From positions 2,009-66,008 of the forward strand of contig JAFYPD010000028.1 of NCBI GenBank assembly GCA_017547685.1: 64,000 bases of DNA, given 5' to 3'. The number at the start of each line of letters is the position of its first letter. The stretch's first letter is position 1. The notes under the pieces are model-generated. The model worked only from the letters and a program-made list of their open reading frames with translations. It made no database searches and had not been told where the DNA came from. The DNA comes from Peptococcaceae bacterium. Lineage in GTDB: Bacteria; Bacillota; Peptococcia; Peptococcales; Peptococcaceae. The position numbers were made by a program, and so were the translations under genes. Positions 35,375 to 45,830 of the stretch are shown in pieces.

Positions 35375-35977
35375 TTATTTTAAATCCAGATTGCGCGCGC
35401 TGCGGCATTTTTCTGCCAGTAAGACGGCCTCCATTTTTGCAGCGGCTTTCTCCACATCATCGTTAATGATGATGTAATCATATTTATCACGGTAAGCCAG
35501 CTCACTTTCTGCGCAGCTCAACCGTTTTTCCACTTCTTCTGCCGATTCGGTTCCGCGGCCGGTTAAACGGCTGCGCAATTCCTCCAGCGATGGCGGCGCA
35601 ATAAACACCAGCACTGCTTCATCGGCGGCTTTCCGCACCTGCAGCGCACCCTGCGGGTCAATCTCCAGAATGCAGTCTTTGCCGGAAGCCAGCACCTCTT
35701 CTACAAAAGCACGAGGTGTGCCATAGTAGTTGTCATAAACCTGCGCCCATTCCAGAAACCCGTTCTGGTCACGCAGCGCTTCAAATTTCTCTTTGCTGAA
35801 AAAGAAATACTCACGGCCGTGTTCTTCGCCGGCGCGAGGCTTTCTTGTGGTTGCCGAAATCGAATAGCGAACGGCATCGCCCAGATGGCTGCGCACCACA
35901 CCGCAGACCGTGCCTTTCCCTGTACCGGACGGGCCGGACAGAACCACCAGTATTCCGCGTTTTGTTTCCTGCTCCAT
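35375..35977 (-). CDS. gmk: Guanylate kinase
   Basis: ILVVLSGPSGTGKGTV, SATTRKPRAGEEHGREYFF and YGT motifs. A GAGGTG RBS supports ATG 35977. Confidence 0.9.
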   Translation of the reverse strand: MEQETKRGILVVLSGPSGTGKGTVCGVVRSHLGDAVRYSISATTRKPRAGEEHGREYFFFSKEKFEALRDQNGFLEWAQVYDNYYGTPRAFVEEVLASGKDCILEIDPQGALQVRKAADEAVLVFIAPPSLEELRSRLTGRGTESAEEVEKRLSCAESELAYRDKYDYIIINDDVEKAAAKMEAVLLAEKCRSARNLDLK

Positions 35978-36036
35978 AGCATTCACCTCTATCATTATTG
36001 CCTGCTGTATTGCATTTTAACGTTATATTCCTGTAT

Positions 36037-36276
36037 TTATTCTGTATCCAGCCGGCCTGTCAGTGTTTCAGGCTGAATGGCCGACAGCAGAATATACTGG
36101 CTGTCGGTAAATACCACAGCTCTCGTTTTGCGGCCGTGGGTCACGTCAATGACCGTTCCTGCCTCTTTTGCCTCCTGCACAAGCCGTTTCACCGGCGCAC
36201 TCTCCGGCGACACAATGGCTACCACCTTGTCTACCGACACCATATTGTCAAATCCGATGCTCATAAACTGGTGCAT
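36037..36276 (-). CDS. remA: RemA/YlzA-family (DUF370) regulator
   Basis: SIGFDNMVSVDKVVAIVSPESAPVKRLVQEAKEAGTVIDVTHGRKTRAVV is the RemA signature. It keeps the conserved position between yicC and gmk. Confidence 0.85.
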   Translation of the reverse strand: MHQFMSIGFDNMVSVDKVVAIVSPESAPVKRLVQEAKEAGTVIDVTHGRKTRAVVFTDSQYILLSAIQPETLTGRLDTE

Positions 36277-36297
36277 CACACATACCTCCCCCGGAGA

Positions 36298-37173
36298 TTA
36301 CTCGATGTTCTGTACCTGTTCTCTGACTTTCTCCAGTTCACTCTTCATCTCTACCACCAGGCGGCCTGTTTCCAGGTCATTGGCCTTGGAACCGATGGTA
36401 TTGGTTTCCCGGTTCATCTCTTGAATCAGGAAATCCAGTTTGCGGCCAATGCTGCCATTCTGGGCTGCAATGATGTAAAACTGTTCAAAATGGCTCTGCA
36501 GACGTACCAGTTCTTCATCGATACAGCTTTTTTCTGCAAAGTAAGCCACTTCCTGTGCAAGCCGTTCCGGGTCCACCGCAGAATTGCTCAACAGTTCTGC
36601 AATACGGCCTTCCAGTTTTTCTTTATATTCCACTAAAATCTGCGGACTGCGTTCGTTCACCTGCGCTGCCAGATTCTGCAGACCGGCCACTTTTTCCCGC
36701 AGGTTTTCCCCGATATGTGCGCCTTCCTGCTCCCGCATAGCAACATGATGTTCCATTGCCTGACGCAGCACCTGCTCCATCAGCGGCCACAATGCTTTCA
36801 CATCCGGCTCGTTTTCCTCTTTGAGGATAACATCCGGCAGGGTCATCAGGCGGTACGGGTCTGGTGTGTAATTACTGCCGACGGTTTCCGCCAGCTGCTG
36901 CAGAGCGTGATGATAGGCCAGCGCTCTCTGCTGGTCAATCTGCACCGGTTTTTCCGCATCGGCCAGTTCCTGTGTGCGCACAAACACATCCACCTTGCCG
37001 CGCTCGATGTACTCACCGATTACCTTTTTCATTTTATCTTCAAGGGCCAGAAACATTCTCGGCTGCTTGATTGTGATTTCACTGTAACGATGGTTGACTG
37101 CTTTTACTTCAACCACAATTTTCAGGGCGCCGTTGTCGCCTTCGCCCCGGCCATAGCCTGTCATACTTCTCAT
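36298..37173 (-). CDS. yicC: YicC/YloC-family stress-induced protein
   Basis: MRSMTGYGRGE start with GGAGG upstream, VEVKAVNHRY, and C-terminal GRKLDFLIQEMNRETNTIGSKAND. Confidence 0.85.
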   Translation of the reverse strand: MRSMTGYGRGEGDNGALKIVVEVKAVNHRYSEITIKQPRMFLALEDKMKKVIGEYIERGKVDVFVRTQELADAEKPVQIDQQRALAYHHALQQLAETVGSNYTPDPYRLMTLPDVILKEENEPDVKALWPLMEQVLRQAMEHHVAMREQEGAHIGENLREKVAGLQNLAAQVNERSPQILVEYKEKLEGRIAELLSNSAVDPERLAQEVAYFAEKSCIDEELVRLQSHFEQFYIIAAQNGSIGRKLDFLIQEMNRETNTIGSKANDLETGRLVVEMKSELEKVREQVQNIE

Positions 37174-37301
37174 GTTTCTTCGGCCTCCAGAAAAAAATTT
37201 CAACTTATATTGTAACCTATCCGGCTTCAAAAAGAAAGCTATCTTTCGCTATCTTTCAAAGATTATTTTTTGATTCATTTTTTTACTCAAAAATGATTCC
37301 T

Positions 37302-39329
37302 TCAGCCTTTTGTCTTTTTCGCCACATGTTTCTGACTGCCCGCACCATTCCTGCGTGTTCCTTCTTTTCCGGTACGGAATTTTTCCTGATTTCTGCTATC
37401 TGGACGCGTGTCCCGTTTTCCGGAACCTGTCTTTTCAGGCTTCGCCGGTTTCTGATTCCAGTTTTGCTTCTGCCCTGCGCCGGATGCATTTCGTTTGTTC
37501 TTCTGCCCGGCTCCCTCTGCTTTCACTTTCGGCTTCGCAGGCCGAATCAGACATTTTGGCCCATAGCCGATTAAATCCTGCCGATTGGCCTTCACCAGTG
37601 CTTCATGCACCAGATCATAGTTTTTCGGATTACGATACTGCATCAGTGCACGCTGCATAGCTTTTTCATGCGGGTCGCGAGGTACATACACAGGCTCCAT
37701 GGTGCGCGGGTCATAGCCGCTGTAATACATGGCTGTTGCCATACTGCCCGGTGTTGGAATAAAATCCTGCACCTGTTCCGGATTATAACCGATATCGCGG
37801 ATATATTCGGCCAGAATCACCGCATCCTCCAGCGTGCAGCCCGGATGACTGGACATAAAGTACGGAACCAGATACTGTTCCTTTCCCACCCGCTTGTTGT
37901 AGGCAAAATAACGTTTTACAAACTTCTCATACACCTGACGCTGCGGTTTCCCCATATAGTGCAGCGCATGCGGGGAAACATGTTCCGGCGCTACTTTTAA
38001 CAGCCCGCTGATATGATATTCACACATCTCATCAAAAAAAGCCGGGGCCGGGTCCGCCATAATGTAGTCAAAGCGCACACCGGAACGGATAAATACTTTT
38101 TTCACCTTATCCAGATTTCGCACTGTTCGCAGAATATCCAGATATTCTTTGTGGTCAACCTCTAAATTTGGACATAAATCCGGGAATAGACACTGACGCT
38201 CCTTGCATGCCCCCACCTTCAGCTGTTTTTTACAGCTCATGTTGCGGAAGTTTCCGGTAGGCCCGCCCACATCGTGGATATAGCCTTTGAAATTCGGCAG
38301 CTGTGTCATCTGCTTCGCCTCTTCCACAATGGATTCTTTGCTGCGATTCTGAATAATGCGTCCCTGGTGGAAGTTGATGGCACAGAAGGTGCATCCGCCA
38401 TAACAGCCCCGGTGATCCGTGATACTGAATTCCACCTCCAGCAGCGCCGGAATTCCGCCCGCTTTCTCATAGCGCGGATGATAGGTTCGCCGGAACGGCA
38501 GCCTGTATAATTCGTCCATCTCCGGCTGGCTCAGCGGTTTGGCCGGCGGCAGCTGAATCAGATAGCGGTCACCGTGCGGCTGCACTAGGATCTTGCCTAA
38601 AAACGGATTCTGCTCTTTATTCTGAACGGCAAATGCCTCAGCAAATTTCTTCTTGTCTTTTTTTACATCTTCATAGCTCGGCAATACAATATAATCGCCT
38701 TTTTTCGGCAGCGTATCGCTCCAGTAGCAGGTGCCCTGCACCTGTTTCATTTTATGCAGCGGCCAGCCCTTTTCAAACCCGTGCGCCAGTTCTTTTAACT
38801 GATGTTCACTCATGCCGTACATCAGCAGATCGGCACCGGAGGTTTCCAGAATGGACGGGCGCACGTTTTCATCCCAGTAATCATAATGGGCAAACCGGCG
38901 CAGGCTGGCTTCCACACCGCCAATCATCAGCGGTACATCAGGATAAGCCTCGCGCACCAGCCGGCAGTACACATCTACCGCCCTGTCCGGCCGCAGACCC
39001 TTCTGCCCGCCAGGCGAATAGGCATCGCTGCTGCGCGGTTTTTTGGCTGCGGTGTAATGATTCACCATGGAGTCGATATTGCCGCTGGCCACGATAAACC
39101 CGTATCGCGGCCGGCCAAAGGTTTTCATACTCTCACAGCGGGTGAAATCGGGCTGGGCGATAATCCCCACCCGGAAGCCCTCATGTTCCAGCAGCCGGCC
39201 CACCAGCGCTGTGCCAAAGCTGGGATGATCCACATAGGCATCACCAGTGACCAGCACAAAGTCCAGTTCATCCCAGCCTCTGTGCTCCATGTCCTTCCGG
39301 TTTACCGGTAAAAACAGATTGTCAGCCAT
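37302..39329 (-). CDS. ygiQ: YgiQ-family (UPF0313) radical SAM protein with basic Lys/Arg-rich C-terminal tail
   Basis: [35 protein letters not shown]-terminal domain and a [11 protein letters not shown] radical-SAM cluster motif. GGAGG-supported ATG 39329 overlaps the upstream stop by 8 nt. Confidence 0.85.
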   Translation of the reverse strand: MADNLFLPVNRKDMEHRGWDELDFVLVTGDAYVDHPSFGTALVGRLLEHEGFRVGIIAQPDFTRCESMKTFGRPRYGFIVASGNIDSMVNHYTAAKKPRSSDAYSPGGQKGLRPDRAVDVYCRLVREAYPDVPLMIGGVEASLRRFAHYDYWDENVRPSILETSGADLLMYGMSEHQLKELAHGFEKGWPLHKMKQVQGTCYWSDTLPKKGDYIVLPSYEDVKKDKKKFAEAFAVQNKEQNPFLGKILVQPHGDRYLIQLPPAKPLSQPEMDELYRLPFRRTYHPRYEKAGGIPALLEVEFSITDHRGCYGGCTFCAINFHQGRIIQNRSKESIVEEAKQMTQLPNFKGYIHDVGGPTGNFRNMSCKKQLKVGACKERQCLFPDLCPNLEVDHKEYLDILRTVRNLDKVKKVFIRSGVRFDYIMADPAPAFFDEMCEYHISGLLKVAPEHVSPHALHYMGKPQRQVYEKFVKRYFAYNKRVGKEQYLVPYFMSSHPGCTLEDAVILAEYIRDIGYNPEQVQDFIPTPGSMATAMYYSGYDPRTMEPVYVPRDPHEKAMQRALMQYRNPKNYDLVHEALVKANRQDLIGYGPKCLIRPAKPKVKAEGAGQKNKRNASGAGQKQNWNQKPAKPEKTGSGKRDTRPDSRNQEKFRTGKEGTRRNGAGSQKHVAKKTKG

Positions 39330-40740
39330 GGCACACCTCCAGTTCTTTCTCAATAAAGATTTTCCCCGGATTCAGAAATCCTGCCGGGTCCAGGCTGTCT
39401 TTCACCGCTTTCTGCGCCAGATAGCCGTCACGGCCCAGTTCCTGCAGCAGATACGGCGCTTTCATAAAGCCGATGCCGTGTTCCCCGGATAAGGTGCCGC
39501 CCAGCTCCAGTGCTCTGGCAAACAGTTCATCAATGGCTTTGCTGACCCGTTCCATCTCTTCTGCATTGCGCTTGTCAGTCATGATGTTCGGATGCAGATT
39601 GCCGTCACCGGCATGACCAAACACCACCATATTCAGCTTATATGTTTCAGCGATTTCTTTGACCGCCTGAATCATGTTCGGAATATTGCCCGGCGGCACT
39701 GCAATATCTTCTCCGATTTTGGTCGGATTGATTTTCCCGCAGGCACCGGAAATAGATTTGCGCGCTTTCCACAATGCAGCCCGCTCTGTTTCATTATGAG
39801 CTACCTGAATTTCCACGGCACCGTTTTCTTTGCAGATGCGAATCACCTGTTCCAGCTGCTGTTCCACTTCCCAGCTGTCACCGTCCACCTCCAGCAGTAC
39901 AAACGCTGCTTTTGTGGTATCCAGCCCGATCTGCAGAAAATTTTCCACGGCACGAATGGTCATCTGGTCCATAATCTCAATGGTGGTTGGCACTACACCG
40001 GCACTAATGATAGCACTGACCGTACGAGCTGCCGCGTCCAGTTCATCGTACTGGGCCAGCGCTGTTTTAATCGCCTCCGGTTTTGGCAGCAGACGCACGG
40101 TGATACGCGTAATAATCGCCAGCGTTCCCTCCGATCCGGTAAAGAGCATCGGCAAGTCCAGCCAGCCGGTTAATCCGTCTATTTTATTGCCAACCGTGAT
40201 AATCTCACCGTCCGGCAGAATCAGTTCCAGTTCCAGTACATAGTCCCGGGTCACGCCATATTTCACACCGCGGCCGCCGCCGGCACATTCGGCCACATTG
40301 CCGCCCAGCGTAGACATACCGCTGCTGGAAGGGTCCGGCGGATAGAACAGTCCTTTTTTTGCCGCAGCGGCAATGAGTTCATTGGTAACAACACCCGGCT
40401 CTGCCACCGCATACCGCTCTTCCGCATTGATTTCAATAATCCGTTTGAATGCGGTCATCTCCATCAGAATACCGCCATCCAGCGCCACAGGGCCGCCGGA
40501 TAAACAGGTACCGGCACCACGCACCGTCAGCGGAATCTGATGCTTTGCTGCAAGTTTCACCACCGCGGCAGCTTCCTCTACTGTGTGCGGCTTTACCACC
40601 ACATCAGGCATATGATTCTGAAAGGTGCTGTCGAAGGAATACACCATCAGTTTTTCCACAGCCGTGTGTACATGTTTCGCTCCCACAGCAGCCCGCAGCC
40701 CATCCAGAACTTCCTCGGTCAGCCTGCTTGTTTCGCTCAT
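39322..40740 (-). CDS. glcD: FAD-linked oxidase, GlcD-like (glycolate/D-lactate oxidoreductase subunit)
   Basis: 472 aa. [17 protein letters not shown]...[17 protein letters not shown]-binding PCMH domain, and C-terminal [14 protein letters not shown]. Confidence 0.85.
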   Translation of the reverse strand: MSETSRLTEEVLDGLRAAVGAKHVHTAVEKLMVYSFDSTFQNHMPDVVVKPHTVEEAAAVVKLAAKHQIPLTVRGAGTCLSGGPVALDGGILMEMTAFKRIIEINAEERYAVAEPGVVTNELIAAAAKKGLFYPPDPSSSGMSTLGGNVAECAGGGRGVKYGVTRDYVLELELILPDGEIITVGNKIDGLTGWLDLPMLFTGSEGTLAIITRITVRLLPKPEAIKTALAQYDELDAAARTVSAIISAGVVPTTIEIMDQMTIRAVENFLQIGLDTTKAAFVLLEVDGDSWEVEQQLEQVIRICKENGAVEIQVAHNETERAALWKARKSISGACGKINPTKIGEDIAVPPGNIPNMIQAVKEIAETYKLNMVVFGHAGDGNLHPNIMTDKRNAEEMERVSKAIDELFARALELGGTLSGEHGIGFMKAPYLLQELGRDGYLAQKAVKDSLDPAGFLNPGKIFIEKELEVCHG

Positions 40741-40742
40741 GG

Positions 40743-42056
40743 TTATCCCTCCTTCCGGTTCTGATGCAGGCCGTAGCTTTCCGCCAGCAGCTCTGCCACA
40801 TGTTTTGTTTCAACAGCAATGCCGTCCTGTGCCAGCCCGTCTTTGATGTGCATCAGGCAGGCCGGGCATCCCACAGCCACCACATCAGCTCCTGTTTCGG
40901 CAATATGCGCCGTTTTCTGCCGATTAATGTCACGGGACAGCTCATAATATTTCAGATTGAACGAACCGCCGGAACCGCAGCAGCCGTCCGCTTTTTCCAT
41001 CTCAATAAAGGTACTTTCCGGAATGGCCTTCAGCAGCTGACGCGGCTGTTTGTTTATCTTCTGCCCCCGGTTCAGATGGCAGGAATCATGATAGGTAATT
41101 TTTTTCTGCAATGGATGCAGATTATCGGTGTCAATGCCAATCATCACCAGGAATTCGCTGATATCTTTTGTCTTTTTACCCAGTTCCAGGGCCAGATTGT
41201 AATCCGGATGGTTCTCTCCCAGCACTCTGGCAAACTCTTCTTTCCAGGCCAGGCCGCCCGACCCGCAGGCCGTCACAATATAATCAATATTCAGCTTGCT
41301 GAAAATCGCCAGATTTTTATGAATCAAATCAGAAGAAATTTCTTTTTCCCCGGAGGTAAACAGCGGGGTGGCACAGCAGTGCTGCTCTTTTGGAGTAATC
41401 ACTGTCACACCGTTCAGATTTAGCACATCTATCAAATCCTGCCCGATTTGCGGGTAGACATAGTTAATCATACAGCCGGTAAAAAAGCCGACCTTATATT
41501 TTTCTTCGCCTCTGGCTTTTGATTCCAGCGGCACAATTTTTTTCAGGCTCTTTCGCGGCAGGTTCGGAATAATTCTACGCTGGTTAAAACCAGCCATCGG
41601 CAGCGGCACACGAGCCACCTGGCCGTGCCCGTCAGGTGCCGGCTTAAAAATCAGACGCTGAAATATGGAACCGCAGGTTAAACCAAAATCAAAAAACTTC
41701 CGCCAGTGCAGTGCCCGAAAAATAGACTGTTTGGTGAACGACAGCCCTCTTTCTTTTACAATCTCTTCCCGCATCTCCAGAAAAATCTGGTACGTATTCA
41801 CGCCCGACGGGCAGTTGGCGGTGCAGCCTTTGCACATCACGCATTTGCCAATCATCTCAACAAAACCGTCACTCAAGAGAAAATCACCGTGAATAAACTG
41901 ATCTACTAAATACAGCTTTCCTCTTGCGGTATAGGATTCATCGTCAAGCACCTGATGAATGGGGCAGAACTGACGGCAGGTGCCGCAGCGAATACATTTA
42001 GACAGTTCCTTTTCCCAGCGCTCTATTTTGCTCTGTTCAATTGCCATACTGCACAC
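40743..42056 (-). CDS. glcF: (Fe-S)-binding protein, GlcF-like (two 4Fe-4S motifs plus CCG domains)
   Basis: CIRCGTCRQFCP and CVMCKGCTANCP ferredoxin motifs, with HDSCH and CCG(S)GG cysteine-rich repeats. Confidence 0.8.
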   Translation of the reverse strand: MCSMAIEQSKIERWEKELSKCIRCGTCRQFCPIHQVLDDESYTARGKLYLVDQFIHGDFLLSDGFVEMIGKCVMCKGCTANCPSGVNTYQIFLEMREEIVKERGLSFTKQSIFRALHWRKFFDFGLTCGSIFQRLIFKPAPDGHGQVARVPLPMAGFNQRRIIPNLPRKSLKKIVPLESKARGEEKYKVGFFTGCMINYVYPQIGQDLIDVLNLNGVTVITPKEQHCCATPLFTSGEKEISSDLIHKNLAIFSKLNIDYIVTACGSGGLAWKEEFARVLGENHPDYNLALELGKKTKDISEFLVMIGIDTDNLHPLQKKITYHDSCHLNRGQKINKQPRQLLKAIPESTFIEMEKADGCCGSGGSFNLKYYELSRDINRQKTAHIAETGADVVAVGCPACLMHIKDGLAQDGIAVETKHVAELLAESYGLHQNRKEG

Positions 42057-43071
42057 CGCCTTTCTGTACGGGATTCAAACGTCCTTCAGCATCAAATTTT
42101 TCTTTCAGCTGCTGCCATATCTTTGCTGCACCGGCTGGTGCAAATCCGTACTGATACTGATAATACCAGTTGCCGCATCCGCCAAGCCTCCCGGCCGCTT
42201 CGCACAGCTGCCGGTACACTTCAGCATCGGCCTGCTGCGGTATCAGCTGCATACTGCCCTGCATCGGGCTGTACCAGCAGCCGATATTGTTCTGTTCCAG
42301 TTCCTGCAGCATAACGTCACACTGAAGAGAAGGTACTTTTATACCATCATTCCAGATGGTGCGGCTGCGCAGCTGCTGTAAACCACGCCATAATTCCTCC
42401 GGCTGTTCGTTAATTTTTAAATCAATCTGCAAGGCTTCAGCCAGTTTGCAGATTTCCCACAAATCCCGCTGCAGCCGTTCGGCACTGCCGCTGCACACCA
42501 TCATCAGGCGCCCGCCGGTTTGTTCAATCTGTTTCGCTGCCGCAGCATTCCAGTACACACACACCTTGGGATTCAGCTTCTGCTGCCGCAAACCGCGCAC
42601 CAGTTCCATCAGTACAGCTGTATCGGCTATCGGTGCCTCCATCACAGCCTGCATCGGCTCCTGTGAAATCAGTTTGATGGTAAAGGCCAGCGGAATGGCC
42701 AGAGTTTCCCTGCTGCTGATATAAAACCGGCACATATCGTACCCTGTCACATTTTTCACCGTTTTGCCCGCCACCTGCAGCACAGTGCCGTCAGCCAGCA
42801 TCACTTCCAGCCCCAGCACCTGATACCGCGGCTGATTATACCGCAAACTGGTGAGACTCAGCATCTGCTCCGCAAAAAAAACACCCAGTGTCACATCACG
42901 CAAATCCTCGGTCATAGCCGCCATGTGCAAACCATACTCGTTCACGGCATCCTCCAGTTCGCCCAGTGTCACACCGCGCTCTGCAGTTACCGTTAAATTG
43001 ACCGCATCGATTTCCCGAATTTTGTTCCAGTTCTGAAAATCTTTTATTCCATAAGGTTTATAGGTCGTCAT
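42037..43071 (-). CDS. GlcE-like FAD-binding-domain subunit (divergent)
   Basis: VLGLEVMLADGTVLQVAGKTVKNVTGYDMCRF resembles the GlcE/GlcD KNVAGYD segment. It overlaps glcF-like by 20 nt. ATG 43071 is preferred over TTG 43092. Confidence 0.6.
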   Translation of the reverse strand: MTTYKPYGIKDFQNWNKIREIDAVNLTVTAERGVTLGELEDAVNEYGLHMAAMTEDLRDVTLGVFFAEQMLSLTSLRYNQPRYQVLGLEVMLADGTVLQVAGKTVKNVTGYDMCRFYISSRETLAIPLAFTIKLISQEPMQAVMEAPIADTAVLMELVRGLRQQKLNPKVCVYWNAAAAKQIEQTGGRLMMVCSGSAERLQRDLWEICKLAEALQIDLKINEQPEELWRGLQQLRSRTIWNDGIKVPSLQCDVMLQELEQNNIGCWYSPMQGSMQLIPQQADAEVYRQLCEAAGRLGGCGNWYYQYQYGFAPAGAAKIWQQLKEKFDAEGRLNPVQKGGVQYGN

Positions 43072-43172
43072 TGCAACATCCCCTGTCCGCAAAATCTATA
43101 TAAAACATCGTATAAACTATATACTTCGTAACAAATTATTATAGCATAAGGCAGGCGAGAATAAAAGACAGG

Positions 43173-43229
43173 AAAACAGGCCGCGTGCTGTTTATCCCAT
43201 AACGGACAGACAGACACCCGGCCTGTTTT
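43173..43229. terminator. Long-loop hairpin downstream of the HD gene
   Basis: aaaacaggccg (43173-43183) pairs with cggcctgtttt (43219-43229) around a 35-nt loop. A-run and T-run flanks are built into the stem. Confidence 0.4.
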
Positions 43230-43273
43230 TATTTGTTAGCCATGATCCCGTTTTCTTTTTCCATCAGCCTTCT

Positions 43274-43933
43274 TCACAAAATCCGCTGCTGATTGATGGT
43301 CAGCCGGAACTGCAGACTTAGTTTTTCTGCAGCTTTGCGGCACAGCAGCATACGTTCCATAAAAATTTCGAAATAATCCATCACTGCACAGATTTCGGTA
43401 TCAATCTGCAGACTCAGCTCGATGTGACTGTCTTTTTCCACGTGCAGCTCTGATTTTTTTACCGAATAATTTACTCTGTCATGAATATCAAAGGTGGCAA
43501 AGTCTTTATTGCGTACCCGGCTGCAACGCACATCGGCCTTGTCGGCCAGAATAACAGCAGCCGAAATAGGATTTACCGGAAAAGCAGACCCTTCGTCATG
43601 GTTGCCAATGGCAGTAACGATGGTCGCAATATCATCCGGCTCCACCTGCATTTCTTTCAGCAGGTAAAAGGCCATCAGGGCACTGTTCTGGGCATGATCC
43701 TGCCGGTTAATCATATTGCCCATATCGTGCATATACCCGGCAATGCGGGCCAGTTCTGCATCACGCTCCGGATAACCCAGTTTCAGCAGAATTTCATGTG
43801 CCCAGTTCGCTACTTTGTGGACATGTGCAAAACTATGCTCGGTATATCCCATCGCGCGCATGGATTCATCCGCACGTTCAATATACAGACGGATTTCCGG
43901 ATTTTTATAAATATCTTCAAACCTTATCTTCAT
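43274..43933 (-). CDS. HD-domain phosphohydrolase
   Basis: HSFAHVHKVANWA...IAGYMHDMGN...GNHDE gives the H...HD...D metal-ligand pattern. Confidence 0.75.
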   Translation of the reverse strand: MKIRFEDIYKNPEIRLYIERADESMRAMGYTEHSFAHVHKVANWAHEILLKLGYPERDAELARIAGYMHDMGNMINRQDHAQNSALMAFYLLKEMQVEPDDIATIVTAIGNHDEGSAFPVNPISAAVILADKADVRCSRVRNKDFATFDIHDRVNYSVKKSELHVEKDSHIELSLQIDTEICAVMDYFEIFMERMLLCRKAAEKLSLQFRLTINQQRIL

Positions 43934-44106
43934 AGATTCATCAGCCCTTTTGTCACAATTTCATCAGATTCCCAGCCAGTAAAAGCACAATTCTGTATCA
44001 AAACATTTCTGCACCCGCTGGTCAACGTCCTGCACAAAAGCCTGAACATTTGCATCAAACTTTTCCGGGACAGTTCTTTTATTTTCTCCCGATCTTCCGG
44101 GTTCAT
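43930..44106 (-). CDS. Possible 58-aa ORF coupled to the HD gene (below track cutoff; may be frameshifted)
   Basis: Hand-translated MNPEDREKIKELSRKSLMQMF...GLMNL*. Its TGA overlaps the HD ATG (ATGA). A second frame reads more protein-like (EKFDANVQAFVQDVDQRVQKCFDTELCFYWLGI*) but has no start codon. Confidence 0.25.
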   Translation of the reverse strand: MNPEDREKIKELSRKSLMQMFRLLCRTLTSGCRNVLIQNCAFTGWESDEIVTKGLMNL

Positions 44107-44137
44107 TCTGTTTGGACCGTAATGCTTAAAACCTTTT

Positions 44138-45706
44138 TCATTTTCTGAGTTTCAGAAAGGATACTTTGCCGTCTTCAATCATCATGCCGGCAGTATGTTC
44201 TGTTGTTTTAAACAGTATTTTTCCTTTCCGGTTGAGAATCATCGTGGTGTAAGCAGACTGGCTGTTATCAGCAAAGTCAACAACAAAAAAATCCTCCTGC
44301 ACTTCCATATCGGTCACGATACCGCCCGGATTCAGTACATCAGAACTGCCCATCACCCACAGTTCCCCTGTGGTTCCATGTGCATAGCAGATGGTATTAT
44401 CCAGTACCACAAACTGTTTTACCGGCACGCTGGACACCAGTTCCGCCGTTCCGCCTGTCAGCGGCAGCCGATACAGCTGCTGCGCTTCATTCAGATAATA
44501 CACGATGTTGTTTTCAACAGCAAAATACGTAATGGTTTCATCGGTCAGTTTCCGCACAGAGCCGCTTTTATAATTCACTGCAAGCAGACAGGGGTTTTTC
44601 GCGGCATCAGATACTTCCTCGCCCAGACTGCCCAGTATCAGCAATTCATTACCACTTCTGAAAACCAGACTACCGGCACAGCAGAATGGCGTGTCGCTGA
44701 CTGGTACAAATGTCCTTTCCATCGGCCGCTTCATCTGCAGACTACCCGGTCCCGCATCATTCTGATATTCATGCAGCACCATTAAGTCTGCATAGCAATA
44801 TATCTGCCCGCTGCCGCGATAAATTTCCTGCCATTTCCCGTCAGGCAGAATCTGAATATAGTGCTGCTGTTCCTGTCCCAGCTGCATTTGCGTGAACATC
44901 AGCAGCACTGTATTATTCTCTACATGCAGCGTCGGCCGGCAGTAACGGTTATCATCCAGCGGTTCCTGCTGCAGCGGCAGCTGATATACACACCTGGCTT
45001 TTTTGGGATGATTTACTGAAGCCTGCCAGATTTCTCCTCGCTGACCCTCGTAATAATAATATTCCCCGGCCTTCACAAATGCGCCAGCGCCATCTTTGTA
45101 GGTTTTGATCGGCAAGCCGATTTCTTTGGCTGTAACTGTACCCGGGGAATCAATCGATACGCCATCTACTTTACTGTAACTGTACTTCCAGCCAAACTCG
45201 TCCATCACGTAATGTTCCGTCATCGGAAAATACGTGATATCCCGGAACAGCAGAATGGGATATGATTCCGCGCTGTGATGAACCGGCTGATTATTCACCT
45301 GCACCGGCCCGGTATGAATGATTGCTGTTCCGGTTTTGCCGTTAGGCAGATAGCGTTTATAGCCGTGCCAGCTCCAGCGCACACCATTTTGATGCACACC
45401 GATTCCATCCGTTACACTGTATGTCGTCTCCACACCCATAAATCGACTTCCGTAATACGTCATGGGAAAATAAATCATATTGTCATAAACCAGCAGCGGA
45501 TACTGTGCATGCCGGTTGTCAAATTCCATGTTATTCAAGGTAATGTCAAAGTCAGGCAGGGTTACAGTCACTTCATTACCGTTATGCACAGCACCCCTCA
45601 CACTGCCGGAATCCTGCCTTGCATCTGCCAGACCAGCCGGCAGCAAAGCAGCAATCAGCAAAGCTGTGGTCAGTATTCTTCCAACTCGTTTCTGTACTCC
45701 GTTCAT
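44138..45706 (-). CDS. Secreted protein: signal peptide, duplicated YPLLV(Y/F)-type module, C-terminal beta-propeller-like (DUF5050-like) region
   Basis: AGGAG plus ATG 45706. MNGVQKRVGRILTTALLIAALLPAGLADA is a signal peptide. Residues ~46-189 are homologous to the amidase N-terminus at 58444-58890. The track start 45862 would overlap the prsW-like gene. Confidence 0.6.
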   Translation of the reverse strand: MNGVQKRVGRILTTALLIAALLPAGLADARQDSGSVRGAVHNGNEVTVTLPDFDITLNNMEFDNRHAQYPLLVYDNMIYFPMTYYGSRFMGVETTYSVTDGIGVHQNGVRWSWHGYKRYLPNGKTGTAIIHTGPVQVNNQPVHHSAESYPILLFRDITYFPMTEHYVMDEFGWKYSYSKVDGVSIDSPGTVTAKEIGLPIKTYKDGAGAFVKAGEYYYYEGQRGEIWQASVNHPKKARCVYQLPLQQEPLDDNRYCRPTLHVENNTVLLMFTQMQLGQEQQHYIQILPDGKWQEIYRGSGQIYCYADLMVLHEYQNDAGPGSLQMKRPMERTFVPVSDTPFCCAGSLVFRSGNELLILGSLGEEVSDAAKNPCLLAVNYKSGSVRKLTDETITYFAVENNIVYYLNEAQQLYRLPLTGGTAELVSSVPVKQFVVLDNTICYAHGTTGELWVMGSSDVLNPGGIVTDMEVQEDFFVVDFADNSQSAYTTMILNRKGKILFKTTEHTAGMMIEDGKVSFLKLRK

Positions 45707-45830
45707 TGTGCAAACTCCTTTTTCATATTTGACACCGATTGTATTATGGCATAAAAACAGCCTCAATGGCAGGGATTTTGCATAAACGGTAAGATTTCTG
45801 TCATAAACGGCAATGTAGTACCGGATTTTA

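Noticed and set aside
40449-41423. 324-aa + ORF
   Set aside because: It is antisense across the glcD-like/glcF-like junction and has no motifs.
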